A DNA stretch of 64,000 nt from Candidatus Obscuribacteraceae bacterium. Lineage in GTDB: Bacteria; Cyanobacteriota; Vampirovibrionia; Obscuribacterales; Obscuribacteraceae. Positions 60,854 through 64,000 of the stretch are shown piece after piece (the first letter of the stretch is position 1; each line of letters begins with the position of its first letter). The notes under the pieces are model-generated. The model worked only from the letters and a program-made list of their open reading frames with translations. It had not been told where the DNA came from and searched no databases. Made by a program: the position numbers and the translations under genes. The stretch spans positions 416,001 through 480,000 of the forward strand of contig JBGAHS010000003.1 of the NCBI GenBank assembly GCA_044226015.1, written 5' to 3'.

Positions 60854-61298
60854 GAAACTCCTTCGTTCCAAATGGTGTGAGCTAATAAAGCGGCAGATTG
60901 GCTATCTATCTATCTTTATGACTCTCCTGTATTTGAAACAATTGCTGCTATACGCTTGAACGCTAGAAGAGTCAGTCATGAGATTTCCAGCAGCAAAGGC
61001 GCGAAGCCGTACAAAATTGGCTTGTATTCAATTCACGAAATTCACGCTTAGCCTGAAACAGCGCAAGATTGACAGAGCCGCGCTATGCAGGTTCCAAACT
61101 AAAAGCATGTAATCCTGTCGAATTCATCAGTATTGCGGGATTCACTTAATAAAACAAAGACTTCATTTTGAGCCTCGAACAAGCTTATTTTGAAACCCCA
61201 ACTTTTCCCATCCAAAAGCTTTTCACGAACCAACAAAAACAACATTGCATTTGCCACAACTAACTCGCTCTTTTCGAGCCTGGAAGGAGTCGAACACA

Positions 61299-61937
61299 AT
61301 GCAAGACAAATACCAAACCCTTGAAGAGCTTCGAGCAACTCTTCAAGAAAACGCTTCTTATCGCATCATCCACCACGACCGCAAGTCATGGCTCACGGTC
61401 ATATCTCCGCATGGGGGTTTGATCGAAGGTGGAAGCTCGGCAATCGCTCATGCCGTTGCGGGCCAGAACTACAATCTCTTCGATTTCCAGGGTCTGCAAA
61501 GAGAGCATCCGCAAGAGCTGCACGTCAGCTCGACACGATTTCGAGAGGCTCGCTTGAATGCGTTGCTTTCTCGAAGCGTTTCTGCGATTTCATTTCACGT
61601 GATGGGACCACAGAATGAGCCAATCGTCTGGCTTGGCGGTCTCAACCTCACACTGAAAGAAATGGTGCTCAAGTCTCTCCGAAGCGCAGGCTTTTCGGTA
61701 AACCCGGACAGCCCGCTCTATCGAGGCGAGAGCAAAAAGAACGTCGTCAACCTCGCCGAAAAGTTCGGTGTACAGCTTGAACTCTCGGACGAACTCATTG
61801 CAGAGCTATTCAGCGGACACGCCTTTCGAGGTGATTTCCCGGTGGAGACGACGAAGCGATTCAAGCTCTTCACCAGGGCAATAAGCGCTGCATTGCATCA
61901 ATACGAAACTGCCAAGTATGGGCAGTTTCCAGCTTGA
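61299..61937 (+). CDS. Poly-gamma-glutamate hydrolase family protein (PghP/YmaC-like)
   Basis: DKY....EL, PHGG.IE.G, LHVSST.F.E, SFH, N.VN and GVQLELS motifs; AAGGAG RBS. Confidence 0.85.
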   Translation: MQDKYQTLEELRATLQENASYRIIHHDRKSWLTVISPHGGLIEGGSSAIAHAVAGQNYNLFDFQGLQREHPQELHVSSTRFREARLNALLSRSVSAISFHVMGPQNEPIVWLGGLNLTLKEMVLKSLRSAGFSVNPDSPLYRGESKKNVVNLAEKFGVQLELSDELIAELFSGHAFRGDFPVETTKRFKLFTRAISAALHQYETAKYGQFPA

Positions 61938-62035
61938 GAGTGCAGGGCGAGCGGCAGACGGAACACACCAAAATGGTGTCTTTCCGCCTGCTTGCTTTAG
62001 CAGAAGTTCTACTCCTTGCTATAGTAATACACTTT

Positions 62036-62088
62036 AAAAACGTAAGGGACCAAATGCTTTCGCATCTAGTCCCATACGCGGTTCAGAC
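62036..62088 (-). terminator. Rho-independent terminator of the minus-strand cassette
   Basis: Minus strand GGGACTAGATGC-GAAA-GCATTTGGTCCC followed by TTACGTTTTT. Confidence 0.7.
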
Positions 62089-62096
62089 GACCGAGG

Positions 62097-62495
62097 TCAG
62101 GCAGCGCATCGATTGTGCTTGCAGCCGCAGGTTCCCTGCAGATGCATCGCGCGATCGAGCCTGTCGCCGGGGTGGGCGCGCCGAGCCTCGCTGCCTTCGA
62201 GAAGGTGCTCGAAAGAGGCATTGAGGTCGGTCAGCGAGAGTCCGACGCCGAGTTGACGCAGAGTGCCGTCGAACTCGTCGAGCTGAATCAGCCCTTCGTC
62301 GATGCAGTCGGCGAGCAGGTCCACATTCACTCCGCGCTCCCGAAGTTCGGCAGCAGACGGAAAGATGCGAACACCATCACGCACGGAAGCTTCGTCGACG
62401 GTGATGTCGGACCAGTGCTTCACCACGAGCTCCGCGCTGAAACGCGGGAACGAGGGTCGCACTTGAGCTGAAACCTGAGCGATAGCGTTGAACAT
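62097..62495 (-). CDS. Hypothetical protein with C-terminal Cys cluster
   Basis: AAGGAG RBS; ends HLQGTCGCKHNRCAA. Confidence 0.7.
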   Translation of the reverse strand: MFNAIAQVSAQVRPSFPRFSAELVVKHWSDITVDEASVRDGVRIFPSAAELRERGVNVDLLADCIDEGLIQLDEFDGTLRQLGVGLSLTDLNASFEHLLEGSEARRAHPGDRLDRAMHLQGTCGCKHNRCAA

Positions 62496-62625
62496 ATTGG
62501 CATTCTCCTTATCGTTTGCAGCGTGAGCTGCGGCTTCTTGGCTCCCAGAGCCAGACAGACGAGCGCCGCCTCAAAGAGACGGCGCTCGCAATTTGCCAGG
62601 TTGAATTACTTCGACCCGACCGGAC

Positions 62626-63687
62626 TTAGTGACCACAAGTGGTCACGGCCGTGGCGCGAGCCGACGGCGGAAGGATGGTGCCCGTGCTGACCGTGGCGTT
62701 GCGACCCAGGTGTTCGAGAACACGAGCGAAGAACGGCGCGGCGTCGAGCATGGGCGGGTAGACCTCCGGCAGGATCGCTCCGCCCGGCTTGTGGATGGGC
62801 GTCGGGGCACTTCCCACCGGGTTCATCTTCACGTCGACGATGACCCGAGCGCGAGGGCTGAGCGAGAAGTGACCGTAGGGCGTCCAGATGAAGCCCGCGC
62901 CGATGGCTTGGGCTGCACCACCGTCCTTCTTGAGCGAATCGCCCACGAAGAGGCAGCGGTTGCCATCTTCGATGCCGAAGTCCTTCATCGCGATGCGAGC
63001 GCCATCACCGGACGGTTTCTCGCAGTGCTTGGGCAGGACGACGTACGGGCAGGCGACGCTGGTGCCCATGTACTGAGCGACACGCTTGCGTCCGGCTTCC
63101 AGGTCCTCGTCAGTGAGGCCCTCGCTGGCGTCAGGCTCGACAGTCTCCAGCGCATAAATCGCCGAGACCAGTTCGTCGATGCCAGTCTGCTTCGCGCGAC
63201 CGAGCACCATGTACATCGGACCGTCAGAGACGATCGCGACATGGATGCCAGCATCACGCAGCACAGTGAGGGTCTCCTTGACGGTCGGGTAAGCGACCGA
63301 ATAGCGCAGACGGTTGCGCTCGAGCGTAGCCCAGAACGGCTCGACGATCTGCTCGCGGAACTGAGCGGCAGTGCCCTGGAAGCGCTGGCGAATCCAGGTC
63401 AGCTCCAGCAGCCACGGGTACTCGTGCGTGCCGTACTTGTTGACCACGCGGCCCATCTCACGAGAGATGGCATCGAGGTCAGGCTCACCGATGATCTTGC
63501 TGATGCGAGGAACTTCGGATTCCATCGTGGGAACGAAGTATGCCCAGAAGGCATCGGTGAGGGTGAGGTCCATGTCGGAGAGCACCAGCTGAATGCTGTG
63601 GCGCCCGACCTTGTGGACGATCGAGGTGTTGTTGTGCCGACGCAGCTTACGCTTGCCGAGCTTCTTGTCGTTAGGTTGCGATGTCAT
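62626..63687 (-). CDS. HAD-superfamily hydrolase
   Basis: DMDLTL, VSD, KP and VGDS..KDG motifs; start MTSQP after AAAGGG. Confidence 0.85.
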   Translation of the reverse strand: MTSQPNDKKLGKRKLRRHNNTSIVHKVGRHSIQLVLSDMDLTLTDAFWAYFVPTMESEVPRISKIIGEPDLDAISREMGRVVNKYGTHEYPWLLELTWIRQRFQGTAAQFREQIVEPFWATLERNRLRYSVAYPTVKETLTVLRDAGIHVAIVSDGPMYMVLGRAKQTGIDELVSAIYALETVEPDASEGLTDEDLEAGRKRVAQYMGTSVACPYVVLPKHCEKPSGDGARIAMKDFGIEDGNRCLFVGDSLKKDGGAAQAIGAGFIWTPYGHFSLSPRARVIVDVKMNPVGSAPTPIHKPGGAILPEVYPPMLDAAPFFARVLEHLGRNATVSTGTILPPSARATAVTTCGH

Positions 63688-64000
63688 GCTGTTTCCCTTT
63701 CTAGGCCAGTTTGAAAAAAACAGCGGAGTCACACGACCCACGCTGGTGCTACCCTTTCTGGGTCGCGTACAACTCAAATCCGAACGACCGAGCGCAGGCT
63801 GGAACACATGAAATGTTCTAGTCTGGACTGGGGAGTGAGTGTCTGAAATGTCTTAGACTTTCACGGGGTTTGTTCGAGAGGAAACGAGTTGTACCAACAC
63901 CCTAGGCGTTGCCACTGCCAAGATGCAAACACAGCCGTGTGCGGTTAGGGTTCCACAGAAGCCGCGCCCACAAGCACTCTGGGGATCAGTCGATAATGGA

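Noticed and set aside
62629..63714. 361-aa plus-strand ORF (likewise 35380-36198, 3069-3962, 4396-5181 and 39757-40365)
   Set aside because: Antisense shadows of codon-biased genes on the other strand.
1..64000. tRNA or rRNA genes
   Set aside because: No cloverleaf with a T-loop and acceptor stem and no rRNA-like segment found by eye; tRNAscan-SE/Infernal would be decisive.

Overview
Bacterial chromosomal window with no rRNA, tRNA, CRISPR array or transposase that I could support. The Ycf45-like ATPase and BT1 transporter, with no photosynthesis genes in view, weakly suggest a non-photosynthetic cyanobacterial relative (Vampirovibrionia/Melainabacteria-like); this is inference only. Housekeeping-type genes include proS, tldD/tldE, ppa, cdd, an Orn/Lys/Arg decarboxylase, folC, a thrB-like kinase and a histidine kinase/response regulator/diguanylate cyclase operon. 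They are interleaved with GC-richer cassettes of mostly unknown genes that are bracketed by strong hairpins. The best candidate for an undescribed system is an about 12.6 kb locus (12.5-25.1 kb). It has a tandem-HTH Fur-family regulator and two Fur-box-like operators. It also has an operon with four PLP domains (including a Cys/Met-lyase::cysteine-synthase fusion and a Y4yA-like decarboxylase), an SDR and an FAD amino-acid oxidase, flanked by a gamma-glutamyl ligase and two transporters. This would fit a metal-regulated non-proteinogenic amino acid or metallophore pathway, with no NRPS or NIS synthetase in the window. The second candidate is a cassette (35.3-40.3 kb) with a divergent, internally duplicated TruD-like pseudouridine synthase plus two phosphatases. 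Also present: two ~66-bp tandem repeat arrays that appear non-coding, a solo Cas4/AddB-like nuclease, an oxidase-DyP-ferredoxin operon and an A8-frameshifted ORF. All calls come from reading motifs by eye; no database searches were run.
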